64,000 nt of DNA from Spizellomyces punctatus DAOM BR117 (Eukaryota). Location: assembly GCA_000182565.2 (NCBI GenBank), contig KQ257460.1. One strand, 5' to 3'. Shown piece by piece: positions 1 through 12,400 of the stretch; the first letter of the stretch is position 1, and the number at the start of each line of letters is the position of its first letter. The notes under the pieces were generated by a model, which did no database searches, was not told the origin of the DNA, and worked only from the letters and a program-made list of their open reading frames with translations. The translations under genes were made by a program, and so were the position numbers.

Positions 1-199
1 GTTGTTAACTCCACTTACACGGGAATGAATCACTGGCAGTTCATATAGTCAGAATTTCAACGAAGATAATTGACTCAGGAACCGATCTTCACTTCAGTTT
101 GACTCCATTGGGAAAATCTAGCTCCTTCCACTATGTAGCAGATATATTTGACCAAGAAATGATCCATGTATGCACTTGATGAGGTGCCCACACTGTCAG

Positions 200-760
200 C
201 CCACACTAGGTATTGCGTAACGCTTTGCGCGTTCAAAGTGCATCAGTCAGCTCCAATGCCACATTTCCTTCCACTTGTTATCATCGAAACTTTCCTTTGA
301 GCTATGCAGCAAACATGTTTTCAGCAATGGCAGACGAAAAATGGAAAGGATAAAATGATCGAGATGGTTTGCCAAAACAACAAATCCATTTTGTTCATCG
401 GCCAAGGCTTAAGGCACGGCCTGGGAATATTCTGATGGTTTGGGAAGGCTGAAGATCTGGACTTCTCGCTTGGGATACACAACTTTAGTAATAAGCAACA
501 AGTGCAGAGGGTGTCCTTTTGCCTGTAGGCAACAAAGTCACGGACGCTGGCGGGACTCGCAAGATCCAGTTGCAGGAACTGAGAGTGCGAAACTCTGCCT
601 GGATTCAGCGCACTCTGGCAGGTAACTACTTTTCCTGACTTTTTTCGATTCCTGAAAGCAATGATAACATGATAATCAACAAGGGACAGAAGCTTGGCAG
701 CATACGCGAACCATGCCTGTGTTGCCGCCTGTGACATTGCAATAAACGGCGGGAGATGGA
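200..760 (-). pseudogene. Degraded short-chain dehydrogenase/reductase (retinol dehydrogenase-like) fragment
   Basis: SDR motifs are split across frames: NVTGGNTG (ORF 676..873), then AKLLSLVDYHVIIAFRN...FLQLDLASPASVRDFV (ORF 321..1046), then HPLHLL in another frame. The frameshifts have no obvious introns. Confidence 0.55.
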
Positions 761-1105
761 GTGATCGTGAATCCTGCCTTGGTAGTGAGAGGAGCCCTTC
801 CAGGTGCCTGAAGCACGTGACCCAAAACCTGTGGAAAGTTTCGGCGCCTCGGAGGCTTCGGAGCCTTACGCAATGAGTATGACTAAGCCGACATCTCTGA
901 TTCATGTGAGAATCGATGTTGCAAATAATTTTCCCATATGTTTCCGCAAATCTTGATCTCATCTGCGCGGCGGACAGGCAGACACAGATTTCAGCAGCTA
1001 GAATGAGAGTGCTAGTAGGGCAGGAATCTTGGGCCAACAGAATCAAACTGTCACACGGGCCCGTTTATTACACGCACTATCCATTGAGAGAAAGGCCCGG
1101 CATGG

Positions 1106-2995
1106 CTATCCTAAAGGTCCACCTCCTTCCTCCGTCACCGCTAACAGCTGTACCAACATTCCATTGACATCCACATCGCCATCATCACCAACATGGAACG
1201 CGGCTTCACTTTTCGCTCGTCCTAAAACGATTTTCGCCTGCCCTTCGTCACAAGCGTGAGCATGAACAAGGTGATATTTCAATCCGTTTAGGTTTTTATA
1301 CCGCTTGTCACAAAATGTACATCGAAAGGGCTTGTGAACTGGTGGTTTTTGTGAATTGGAGGAGTCAGATGGCGGAGGAGAGATTTCTGGATGTCCGTGT
1401 TCCAGATGGTACTTGAGGCCGTTAGGATTTTTGTATGATTTCAGACAGCCGTCATGTGGGCACTTGAAAGGTTTCGGTGTGCTGTCTGACTGCTCCTTTT
1501 TGGTCTGAGATGGCTTCTTTGGGGGGGCCGAACGTTGTAGCAGGGTTTGTTGATGTGATGGTGGGGGAGCAGGTGAGAACGTTGCTGGAATTCCCGGTAT
1601 TTGAATTGCGGATGAATCCAGCGCCAGAGGAGCCGGTAATATGGCGTGTACTGGTCGTACTGGTGGCGTAGCGAGGGTGGACGCCTCAAGATTGGTGATG
1701 AGATAGTCGACGATGTCGTTGCCATTTTCTGGATTGCGATTACGTGATTGCTGGTGAGTGTTCGGGAGCTGCGGAGATACGTCCATATTCATGTTAAGGT
1801 GGTGAGACAGACCCGGCGGATGAAGTGCCTGTGGTGCGTGAGTTGGTGACGTTCGATTGTGCTGAGCTGGTGCAAGCTGCTGTGATAAGGCGGACGTGAC
1901 TTGCTGTGATGGCGTTGTGAAGGAGGTTGCTGGCACGATGATGGGTGTAGAAGTAGGGTGCAGATTTTGGTTCTGCTGCTGCGAATGGCGCTGCTCAACC
2001 TGTTGCTCGTTGTCCAGCTGCATATCCTCGGCTGCTTGTGGTACAGCCGGGAGCATGGATGGCAGCATATCATCTGCTCCATGCGATGGGAGATCATTGA
2101 TCGCAGGCTGATCCAAGATATCCGAGAAGTCCACTCCACTCCATCGAAACCCTTCTCGAAATCTTTTCAATTCCACCGCAGCATATGAGCCCATAGAAAA
2201 GGCTGCCGCAGACAAATTTCGTTTCGCCAGTATTTGGCTGCCTGCATTGTCCTCGCTTGGTTGAGCTGCCAACAACGCACTCAGATCTGCATCGACGTTT
2301 CCGGTACCCGCGGGGAACAAGCCACCCGCACCGCCGCCGCTATTGATTTTTCCCAATATGTCCATAGGCTTTGTAGTAGAAACTCCTGTATGTAGATCAC
2401 CAGTGGGTTGCTGCTGATCCCACATGTCGTCCTCCTGATATGCGGGAGAGAAAATCGGCAAGGGACGAGCCTGTGGTCTTTTTCCTTCAACTGTTCTTTC
2501 CTCCGCATGCACTTGCTCGTAATGCCGAAGCAGGTCCTCATATGTTGCATGGATTTGACCACAACAAGGAATATCTTTTTCCGCGCCGCCTCGCTCAGGA
2601 ACGGTCAAAGGTGAGTTTGAGCATTTGCGGTCCAAAGATTCTACTCTTCGAGGTGAAATGGGAGAAGCTGAGAGCGGAAAACGGGGAGACGAGGAATACA
2701 ATGGTGACGTTCCATATGAAGGCGGAAAAGAGTTGGTTTGAGGTGTTCCAGGAGTGGGAAAAGCGGAGTTGGGTGTAAGGTGAAAGTCGAATACGTCAAG
2801 GTACGATCCGTTGCGCATTGCGTCCTTTTTGATATACAGGTGGGTTCCTGTCGTAGATGTCGATGGAGGCTTAATGGCCAACGGATTGGATGTGGTAGGG
2901 ACAACGCTTAGACCACCAGCATCGGAAGAAATTACGGCCGACCTTGACGAAGACCCTTCATTGCTCGCATCCCTATTTTGCGCCGACATGGCCAT
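1106..2995 (-). CDS. SFP1: Sfp1-like split C2H2 zinc-finger transcription factor
   Basis: N-terminal CCGQIHATYEDLLRHYEQVH, plus C-terminal KPFKCPHDGCLKSYKNPNGLKYHLEHGH and KPFRCTFCDKRYKNLNGLKYHLVHAH. First ATG at 2995. Confidence 0.85.
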   Translation of the reverse strand: MAMSAQNRDASNEGSSSRSAVISSDAGGLSVVPTTSNPLAIKPPSTSTTGTHLYIKKDAMRNGSYLDVFDFHLTPNSAFPTPGTPQTNSFPPSYGTSPLYSSSPRFPLSASPISPRRVESLDRKCSNSPLTVPERGGAEKDIPCCGQIHATYEDLLRHYEQVHAEERTVEGKRPQARPLPIFSPAYQEDDMWDQQQPTGDLHTGVSTTKPMDILGKINSGGGAGGLFPAGTGNVDADLSALLAAQPSEDNAGSQILAKRNLSAAAFSMGSYAAVELKRFREGFRWSGVDFSDILDQPAINDLPSHGADDMLPSMLPAVPQAAEDMQLDNEQQVEQRHSQQQNQNLHPTSTPIIVPATSFTTPSQQVTSALSQQLAPAQHNRTSPTHAPQALHPPGLSHHLNMNMDVSPQLPNTHQQSRNRNPENGNDIVDYLITNLEASTLATPPVRPVHAILPAPLALDSSAIQIPGIPATFSPAPPPSHQQTLLQRSAPPKKPSQTKKEQSDSTPKPFKCPHDGCLKSYKNPNGLKYHLEHGHPEISPPPSDSSNSQKPPVHKPFRCTFCDKRYKNLNGLKYHLVHAHACDEGQAKIVLGRAKSEAAFHVGDDGDVDVNGMLVQLLAVTEEGGGPLG

Positions 2996-4089
2996 CAGGC
3001 TAGCGGACACTACACAGCCGTGAAAGTTTCCGGTCCTCGGGTTCTGTGCGTGCAGCAATTCCCTTCGGGTAGGGATGTATTGCCTTGAAAAAAAAGCACT
3101 AAAAAAGAAGTGAGACTTTACACCAGCAAAGCAAGGAGCCCCTTAGCAACATCAGAAGCTGTGCCACAATATCTTCTGCACGTTGCTATGGCGTGAGTGG
3201 TCATCAGATTTGGATAGGAGAGGTCATGACCCATCCTGAACGAAGAAATTAACCAACAAGATTGGCACCCCCTCGCCGCACAGCAAATTGGTGATACTTG
3301 GGAGGCATTTAAAATACGCAGGATAAGCGATTGTCTATGGCCTTGGACATCTTGCCCGTGAACCAGCTGTGGCTCGACTAGTCACATAGTGTGGAGGTGA
3401 TGGAAAATGGCACTAAGACTCATTATTATCCGGATAATCCGGTTAATCATATCGCATAATCAGAACCCCCATCTATCGCTCAAAGCGGTGTGGCATGCAT
3501 GTAATGTTTTTTTTTTTAAAACTGTGGTGAGGCGCAAGCCAAAGGTCTATAAAACGCTGCTACTACTATGCTGCAACGATCGCAGGTATGCATTATCTTT
3601 GTATTTTCCCACGCGTATTCCCAGTCTACTTCTGATCTACCTTAGTATCTGAACATCCTCCGACTAAAGAATTTCGGAAAGTAGGATTTCTCTCGTGTGG
3701 TGGGCTTAGTTACCCGGTTAGAACAACCGTAATGTATTGCATGTGTAATTGGGCCTAGTCGTAGTTGGTTGGTTGTAAGGAAGGAATTACTTGGCTTTTC
3801 CGAACCAGTTATCGCTGGTTTATTCCCTGGTGTAGTAGCTAGTGCCATCACCTCGACACTATCTGATGAGCAGACAATGGCTTGATATCTCGAATTGGCG
3901 GGCTAATAATGTTGACCAGCCCTGGAATAAATCTCTTTCCATCTCCATCGGCCATGCCAGCGCGAAAACATAGCAATTGATAAAGATCATTCAACGTTAA
4001 TTACATACTATTGTATAATGATAAAATATCAGTAGTGACATCTAACTAGTGTATATATCTCTATGAAGTCTACGATTCTACTGTTCAAC

Positions 4090-4915
4090 TCAAGCACTAG
4101 CACCTCCGGTGATAATGCTAATCAGCGCTGCAACTGGAGCAACAATGATAGCAACAGGGAAAAACAGAGCATACAGTGCTAGCATGGTTGCCACATTCAA
4201 AACATCGAGAATTTGATCCTGGGGTGATCGGGCGGAATCAGCACGAAGGCGGAGGGGGCGAGTGACCTGGCGCTTAAGCTTGGCTTGCGATACAATGCTT
4301 TTGGTTACGTCGTCATAGATAGCCAGCACGGTTGCATTGTACCAGGTTGCCACAGCTGACTGGACCTGTCAAAGCGAATATGGCCTGTAAGACTCATGGT
4401 CGCAACTGGGATGGCAAAAATACATGCAAACTTACAGAATTGCTGATAGAGTCCGTAGTTTGCTTCTTCAAACCTTCAGACCATGTCTTGATTGACATTG
4501 CCTCGGTTACGGTTGTCAATGTCTTCACAATCCCGGCGTTCTTGATTCCCAATACGAAAGCGTCCTCGATGGTGCCCTTCAAGGCTTCGGTTCGTTTCGT
4601 CAACTCTCCCGTCTGAGCATCCACAAGAGACTTGACATTGACTTTTCCCGAAACATCGACCCCGGTGTGTGATTTGAGGTCGACGATAGCAGCATCGACG
4701 ATCTTGGGTAGCGTCTCAGCTTTCATGTGCGCGGTTAGTTTGGTGGACATGGTGTTGAGGTTGGGGCGAAGAGTCATTTGTGCAACTTTCTCGAAAGCAA
4801 GTTCGACTAGGGAGGATGCTACGGTGCTAACAACTCCGGCTTGCACAGGAGTAGGAGCCGTGATGGTCATCCCAACTGCGAAAGCGCTCACAATGATACG
4901 ACGTAGGTGGACCAT
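4090..4915 (-). CDS. Hypothetical secreted/membrane-anchored protein, 2 exons
   Basis: Signal-peptide-like MVHLRRIIVSAFAVGMTITAPTPVQA. A GTAAG..CAG intron at 4435-4366 joins the exons in frame (SNS|VQSAVATW). Hydrophobic C-terminus. Confidence 0.65.
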
Positions 4916-5943
4916 GATGTAGGGTATTTGGTATATGATGAGGTTGGTGGATGTTTGACTTGATGAATGTACAAAGGGAACTGGGGCAGGTTGGTTACTT
5001 TTATAACCTTTTGTGAAGGCAAGGACGAGGTCGGGATTCTTCTTTTTTGTTTGAGTCATGATTGCGATTTTTTTCAGTCCTCCTTCTTTTTCCTCTTCCC
5101 CTGGGCGGCAGTTTGCTGCTGCCAAGCATCTCCTTCCCTTTCCCTTTCAGAAGAGCGTAAAGCCGAAGCTTCCCGATATGATACAAGCTTGAAAGTACTA
5201 GGAATAGACCGTGGTGAAGAAAAATGGCTTATAAAAACTTGATAAAATTTCGAGTTTTTTTTTTATATTTTTTGTCGACCATCCAAAGGAAGTTTGCTGC
5301 CTGCGCTTACGCTTGCATTTTGACGTTTTTCACACTTTCTTTTTGGCTGCGTTTAAACGAGCGTTAAAAGCCCCATGAATAATCACGTCGCCCACCTAAG
5401 CACATGCCGTTTATTTTTGCAACCCACGCGCGACTAAGTATGTCCGGGGACGGCGGACGTACGACATTATGATGCACAGCATTTCAAAGGACTCGCTGCC
5501 ACACAAAATGAGCATTGAAAGTCATGGGAATAAGGATGAATTGCGGAGCGCAATCGCCACTTCTCGGGATCTCAAGCAAATCTTCATGACGTGCATTCTT
5601 GCAAATCAGCAAACCTTCCATTACCGTGAACAGAAAAGTAAGGTGTACGCCCTTTGAAGGATTTCCAACAACAACATCATCGCCAATCCATTACAGGCTG
5701 AGATCTATTATGCACAGATTGGAGCTAGTCAAGGAGAAGAAGGTGACAAAACGAAGCGGTATTGAAACAGGGAGCACTTGTTCCATAAGAACAATCAATT
5801 CCTCTAGCTTGCAACAGCAGCAGATCTCTGGCCAGGTCGTCTGAATCAAAGAGAAGGTGGACGGCCACATTAACGCCGGCTATTATGGGTACAAAAACTA
5901 GCCATCAGTAGTAGGACTGCAAAGTGAATTTCCATTTATTCGC

Positions 5944-7471
5944 TTACCGTTCAGTTCGCTCATGGCTCCTCTCTCGCTCACGGCGTGGGCTTCTGCTTCT
6001 GCGTCGTTCTTTATCACGGTCAGATCGCGACCCGCGACGGTCATCGTAATCACCGCGAGATGACCGACGTTCGCCGTCACGATCGCCTCCTCGAGAGCCG
6101 CGATAGTCTCCATGATCCCGTTCACGATCGTACCGCCTGAAAAGTGAATGTAATAGGTCAAACCTCGAGAATGTGCTTGTCCCACAGAAAAACATACCCG
6201 CGATCACGATCCCCTCGGTCAGGTCGGTCTCCATAACCGCCACCCCCTCCACCCGGTCCTGGTCCTCCAGGTCCGCCAAACCGCCTCCTGTCCATTCCAC
6301 CACCGCCGTAACCAAAGCCGCCTCGTCGATCACCGTAACCTCCTCCGCCCCTGGATCCACGGAAACCACCATGTCCGCCATAGTCTCCGCCATATACACC
6401 CTGGTATCCTCCAGATGCATACGATCCTCCCTCACGACCACTATGGCGCTGATTAACGTCGGGTCCACCGATACGGGTTCCACCCAATCCACCACCAAGA
6501 CGGCGTGGCCGCCATCCCTTGACAGTCCGCCCACGTTCCACATCCACCAGAACCCGCCTGTCATCAATCTTCATTCCATCTCCTTCCTTGTAGGCTGCTT
6601 TCATGTCCTTTTCGCGTTCGTATTCGATGAAGGCGTATCCGCGTGATTTTCCTGTTTCATCTTGTACAATCCGTAACTGTCATAGCGGTTCCGTAGAAGA
6701 TCCGAAAGTGCCATGCGCGATCGTGTCCGAACGTTCGTCCGAAGAATATAGGGGAAAGGGGGAGGGAAACCAATACGTACCCGAAAAAGGTGGAACCAAT
6801 ATTGGCGTAAAGAGTAGGGGTGGTTGCATTCAATTTCCATAGGTTTGGGATAATCGCTCCGCGGACTTACCCGCCAAAACGACAAAACACAAAAACACCC
6901 ACAAGTCTCACAGGCCAAACCTGTTACCAATATCTTACCGTTTTAATGGGTCCAAATACTTCAAACTCTCGCTTCAATTCCTTTTCTGTCGTTTCATATG
7001 ACTACAGTAGTTATGTTAGAGGTGCTGTATGACCAATTGCAAATTGCAATGCCAAAGCTTTTCAACCTACCAAACGCGCAACGAAGAGGGTCTTGTACGG
7101 ATCGCTCACGATATGGTCATCCTTACTTGGATCCCATACCTCAAGTCCTTTCTGGATAGCCTCTTTCGCCTTTTGCTCCCTCTCTTGTTGCTAAAAGAAT
7201 AATGAATATATTAGCTCCCAAGCACGATCAAAACGATCCAAGTCGCCCTAGTATCATAACCAGCACACACCAGCCTCTTCTTAATCTCTGCTCGAGTCTC
7301 CGTTGGCACATAATCCGCATCGTATCCCTTACATCTTTCGAGAAAAGCAGCAACACCGCTGATGACCGGTCCCCGCCGTTGAGCAGGAGAACGATCAAGG
7401 GGTTCCAGATGCGGGAGAGGAGGCCGCGGCGCAAAGAGTTTTAGGAGATTCGGCGGAAGTTGTGATGTCAT
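5944..7471 (-). CDS. SNRNP70: U1 snRNP 70 kDa protein, multi-exon
   Basis: [20 protein letters not shown]-terminus, [54 protein letters not shown], and an RG/RD/RS-rich tail. The 3' end may extend via a further intron to 5898. Confidence 0.95.
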
Positions 7472-7670
7472 TGGAACGATTCCGCCTTGGCCAAGACTGT
7501 GGCTCTGAGAAGAAACGATGGCCTTTTCGCTAGTGGAGCTTGGTGTTTGATTGCGCGCAGCCTGGGTGGTTGGGTTGACATAGCAACGCCTTGGCTACTG
7601 TAATGCATTCGAGCCTCACACAGATCTGAAGCGTTGCAAGTTCCTATCCACAGTACCCCACATTGCACAA

Positions 7671-8289
7671 TATGGAGGAACGAGTACGGCAATATCACGT
7701 TGAAGCGACATCTTTTGTCTCAGCAGCAGTACTACCCCCAAAAGCTTTGAAGGCTATGAATGGACTACGTAAATTCATCCATAAAAACCAAGACTATCGT
7801 TTCTCGGACAAGGAAAAGGCAAAACTCTTTGGTGCAGTGGAAGCATACTTTACGATATTCGATAGAAACTCAGATAGGTACCACAACATCATCCTTGATT
7901 TTAGTCTCTCAGTTGATACCTTCTCAACCCCGATATAAAACCTCAGAACGAACACAAACGAAAGCGACGCCAACAAACCTACCTCCCTCCCTCTTATCGA
8001 AGACGCCCTCAAAGTCCCCCTATTCACCACCAAACAAAAGTCAACTATGCTGAAATGGTATGACGAACTCCATAAAGAAGAGGGTGGCCATAACACACAG
8101 AGCCGTGAAACTGACGGAACCGCCCGACATCCTTGGAGCGAAGAAGATGATTGGGGCAACCCCGATGAGTGGGGAACAGAGGAGCAGAGTGATGGGGACG
8201 GAATTGAGAAGAAGGACACAGAAAAGGAGATACCGCAGGTCCAACAAGATTCGAATACCAAGATGAAACTAAAAAATAAGAAGAGATGA
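7671..8289 (+). CDS. Hypothetical protein, 2 exons, divergent from SNRNP70
   Basis: ORFs 7663..7938 and 8047..8289 are in the same frame. A 69-nt GT..CAG intron at 7878-7946 removes the intervening TAA. Acidic/basic tail. Confidence 0.6.
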
Positions 8290-8619
8290 CACTGTACTGC
8301 CTTTCTCTTTATCCCTGGATTGGTCGTTGTGAATACAGCATTATCAGTGCAAACCTAGATTCCACAACGCAGAGGGATAATGTAAAACAAAATCCGGACA
8401 GTTGCTATTGGGTTAGCAGCCACGACAAGGCATATGACTAACCACTTGCAGTATATTTCCTTGACTGTCAGCGTACCTTTACCATGACTAAGGAACCATC
8501 GCAAATCTTCGATGAATCTCATCAAGCATGTGCTACAAGGTTTGTTTTGTTCTTCCTGTGCATCAAAAGCTGGTATACCATATCAACCATGCAAAAAAGC
8601 AACCAAGCATGACAGCAAC

Positions 8620-8691
8620 TTCCGCATCGGGGAATCGAACCCCGGCCGCCGCGGTGAGAGCGCGGAATCCTAACCACTGGACCAATGCGGA
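8620..8691 (-). tRNA. tRNA-Glu(CTC)
   Basis: Reverse complement TCCGCATTGGTCCAGTGGTTAGGATTCCGCG-CTCTCAC-CGCGGCGGCCGGGGTTCGATTCCCCGATGCGGAA forms a cloverleaf with anticodon CTC. Confidence 0.95.
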
Positions 8692-8996
8692 TGACCAAAT
8701 ATTGCTCTAATATTTCTTGAATCCCGTAAATTTTGGCTATGCACCAGATTTTACTAGTGTCGATGTATTCACCAAAATAGTGGTTAGAATTTACCCAAGT
8801 GGGTGGCATATAAAGTATAAGCCAAATATGTATAATTCACGACTGTGCTTGTCCGTGAATGCAACGATACCAATTGTAGGAGCAGTATCCTTTCGTATTG
8901 AACATTCATTCAATTTTGAGCCATTCAAAGTACACAGCGAAGTCTACTTTACAGTCAGCTAGATACGCTCCGATCCCCTTGCTATGTATGGACAGC

Positions 8997-10532
8997 TTAA
9001 AGCATCTTCTGGATAAGAGCGTTGATCTTGTCCTCACGGTTTCCGGACTCACCACCCTCAATGAAGTGGGTGGCCTTCTTTCCCTTGTAGCCACCAGTGG
9101 GGTTGGAGAGGTGGAAAGGCCACAAGAAGGCGTTGGCCTGCTTGAAGTTGGGTCCAACGGTAACAATTTCGTGGATCAAGTCCTCAACGCAAATGATGCC
9201 AAACTGGCCAAGAGCCTTCTCAATGACGGCGTTGTCGGTGATAGGCAATCGCTGTTTGTCAACCTTGGCGAAACCGCGCTTGTAGACGAGCTCACGGACG
9301 GATTTGAGGTTGGGGTAACCCCATGCAACGTAGGGACCAACCCACTGGAGCATCTGAAGGGTGGCCTTGGTGAGACGCACGAAGGTACCAGAGTTGATGC
9401 TGGTGAGACGGAGGAGCTGAAGGATCTTCCGGGGCTTGGGGGGGATCTTCATGATACTAAATGGGAGTATGAGCAGGCTGGCTAGCACCCACCGCTACGT
9501 ACACGAAAACATACCCCTTAATACGGATCACGAAGGCAAGGGGAGCCTCAGCGGGGACGTAGAAGTTACCGTGAGCCTTAGCCTGACGCTTAAGGCGGAC
9601 TTCATCGCGCTCCTTGGCACGGTACTCCTTGACGTACTGCTCAGCGCGCTTGAAAATGACCTTGCGCTTGGCGGCAGCAGCCTATTAATCACAAAATAAG
9701 ATTTAGATGAAATTCATCTGATCCACGGAATTTCAAACAGATATGCAGAATGTCAGTCCCGAAAGATGGTATTTATGACAACTACATCTCCCTTTGGGAT
9801 TCGTTGGTCAGGGATTTTTTGTCATCACCCATTCTGCACATCAGTCTTCACCACATCTCTGTACATACCTTACGGCGTTCAGCCTCAGCAACCGCACGCT
9901 CGGCGGCGACCTTCTCAGTGGTCTTGCGCTTCTTGAGCACAGACTCGGGCACGTATTGCTTGGCGCTGCAGAGAGCATACGTAAAGAAAAGACGGAATGT
10001 CAATGACCGAACATGCCACTGATTGATGTGTTGACTTTTGTCCCATCCATGAGGGGGAGCAAAAGGTTTGCACCGGGGAACCGAGCCCAGCGACCAGTTC
10101 CAACGATTATTTTAACTGGAGTGGTGGACCACGCCCGACTAAAATCGGACGTTGCCCAATCGATCACAACCAGCAATTCCCCAAGCGATAGCTAGCGAAG
10201 CTCCGCGAAGGACGAAATAGACGAGAAACCCGTTAAAATGGGCTAGCTACGAGACGCAAGCGTCGACAGCTCTCGTCTATCACACAATGCATTTAAGGAG
10301 AAAGAGTAATGAAGACTCTTAACTCCCAAATCCTCGCCCAACTGTCTTCGAATGTAAGAGAACAGTCAGTGCGAGACAATATGGCATGTGGTCCGACCTG
10401 CGGCTAAAAGAGAAGGAAGAAAACAGGTGTAGTGGACAACGCCTTCCTTCAGGCCTCCCTTCTTGCAGTCTACTTGCTCCCTTCCCCACTTTTCCACCAA
10501 AAACAATACACAGATACGTACGCGTCAGACAT
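8997..10532 (-). CDS. RPL7: 60S ribosomal protein L7 (uL30), 4 exons
   Basis: [72 protein letters not shown]. Introns at 10521-9966, 9868-9682 and one near 9515-9457. Confidence 0.95.
9744..9838 (-). ncRNA. Intronic box C/D snoRNA in RPL7 intron 2 (snR39/snR39B-region guide for 25S rRNA)
   Basis: Box C GTGATGA (9828-9822), box D CTGA (9756-9753) and a 9-bp terminal stem TGCAGAATG/CATTCTGCA. The guide ACCATCTTTCGGG is complementary to the conserved LSU rRNA CCCGAAAGAUGGU. Confidence 0.9.
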
Positions 10533-11249
10533 TCTGGCTGGACAGATGGACCAAAACGACGGAGGGGATCGTTCAAATGGCCGTGTGAGTTGAAAGGGAA
10601 GAGAAAGCAAGACTGGAGCGTGGTTTGTCTTTTGTTAGTCGACCGTGGCTTGGCTAATAATTTTTCTTCTCACTGATTTGATTGGTCGATCGTAAAACCA
10701 AGTATAACCACATTGCATCCTAATTATCTTACGTAAAAATCTCAAAGGCGAGTAACCTTCTCCATGCCCTAATGTCTTGCACTAAAATATGGGTGATAAG
10801 GAATGTCACTCGTCAATTAATAACATGAGATATAGCTGACTGATCCAAAGCAACATATGTCAGGGTGAGATACAGACGTGGCCAAGTGTGAGCGAGGGTA
10901 AAAGGTGCTCCCTGTATTCTGTATTTGCTGGGCAGCATTCTATTAAATTAATGCTCTCAAACCTGTTTTGCATCAAAAGGTGCGGCTAAATTCAGTCACT
11001 GACGAAGCATGATCTTTAAACGCTGCTATTCCAACCGGATACTTGCTGCATCAGCTGGGTAAAGAAGGATGGCATTCAAGGTTGCGTATAATCTACTGCG
11101 TTCAGCCCCGAGGCCTCGTAGGCTATTCAGTTCACTATTACTATCATCGCTACTGTACAAAGGGAGGTGCGACAATCGCCACCCTAACTAAAAGTATAAA
11201 AAAGAAGAACCAATTACATAAGTACAAATCTTTCACAACTCCCAACTAT

Positions 11250-12400
11250 TCACAGCTCCTCCTCCAGATTCTCATAACACCCCTTGGTAATCCACCCAAA
11301 TGCAAAAGACAACCAAGAGACACTTGTTGATTGCACGGGTTGCAAAGGCTGGACCTTTGGTTGCGGGAGTGGTGGTAGGGCCTGTGTGAGGAGATAGTAG
11401 AAATCTAGAGGGGCGTCGGGGGGTGACTGCTTGGACAGTTGTTGAGAAAGGAGAAAGGGGCATTCATTGTCTTGTAGTGCTCTTGATTCTACAGACATCC
11501 TATCAGTGAGAGGCGTCGCACGCAAGGGGAAACTAAGATTGTGCGCAACGTACCATAATAAAGGTCGTCTTTGAGAGATGCCTCAATGGGTCCCTCATGT
11601 CGTACCATTGGGATGCCTCCCAAGACTTGCATCCGAGATTTCGCCACATCGCTGGAAATAATCCGATACTCATGTAAGAGATACGATCCATTCTCAATCT
11701 TGAATCGCGTTCTAAGCAAGTGTTTAACTTGGACGGTTGACAAGAAGGGTGCGCCGTAGATCTCGAACACCGGTCGTCCATTTGCTGCGCGATGGAGACA
11801 CGATGGTGGAGGATCGTCGTCAGAGTCAAAGAGGCTAGCAAGCTGTGTTAATATATTATCGGGGATCCCGGGGGTATGTCGAAACGAGCAACGGAGAGTC
11901 CACGCTGGATGGAATACGCGGAGCTGAACAGCGTGAGGTGAAACGGATGACTGTGAGGGAGTTTGGGCGGATTTAGGCGATGACGGTGGCGGTGGGGGTG
12001 GACGTAGAAATCGAGCGATTCGTGCGTGTGGGGGTATTATAACCTCAGCTTGCGAGAGAACCCGCAAGTCTTCCATAGTTCTAATTTCTGTACAAACATG
12101 AACATTGATGGGTTAGCCTTTGTAGGAAAACTCAACAACTCAACATTGACCACACTAACCTCCATTCCCAACCGATTTGACCACGGCCAATCTCAAATCT
12201 TCATCGAATCTTGTCTTTCTCCGCTCCTGCATCTCCTCCGCGACAAAGAACGCCTCCACGTCTTTCCATACGATGCCGAGCAAATCGCGCGCGGTTGTAG
12301 ATGAGGGGCGATATGGATACTGACGGATGCACCCGTCTGGAAGGAGGAGGGTTACGAACGAATCGGGTGTGGTTCTTGCCGGGTTGAAACCGAGCATCTG
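11250..12400 (-). CDS. Hypothetical multi-exon protein (possible ubiquitin-like/RA folds)
   Basis: Colinear minus-strand ORFs 12155..12409, 11489..12076 and 11250..11525 are separated by intron-sized gaps. VTLLLPDG..TARDLL and LQDNECPFLL motifs are suggestive only. Confidence 0.45.

Noticed and set aside
3860-3972. CTGATGAG hammerhead-like core (also CTGACGAG near 39653)
   Set aside because: No properly spaced stem II plus GAAA, and no closing stems found.
7936-7938. In-frame TAA suggesting a pseudogene or read-through
   Set aside because: It is removed by a plausible 69-nt GT-AG intron.
8898-9485. 195-aa plus-strand ORF and similar long antisense ORFs (e.g. 53046..53654, 38438..39064)
   Set aside because: They are shadows of codon-biased genes on the opposite strand.
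9966-10521. Telomerase RNA hypothesis for the long RPL7 intron
   Set aside because: No CTAACCCTAA-like template is seen on either strand.
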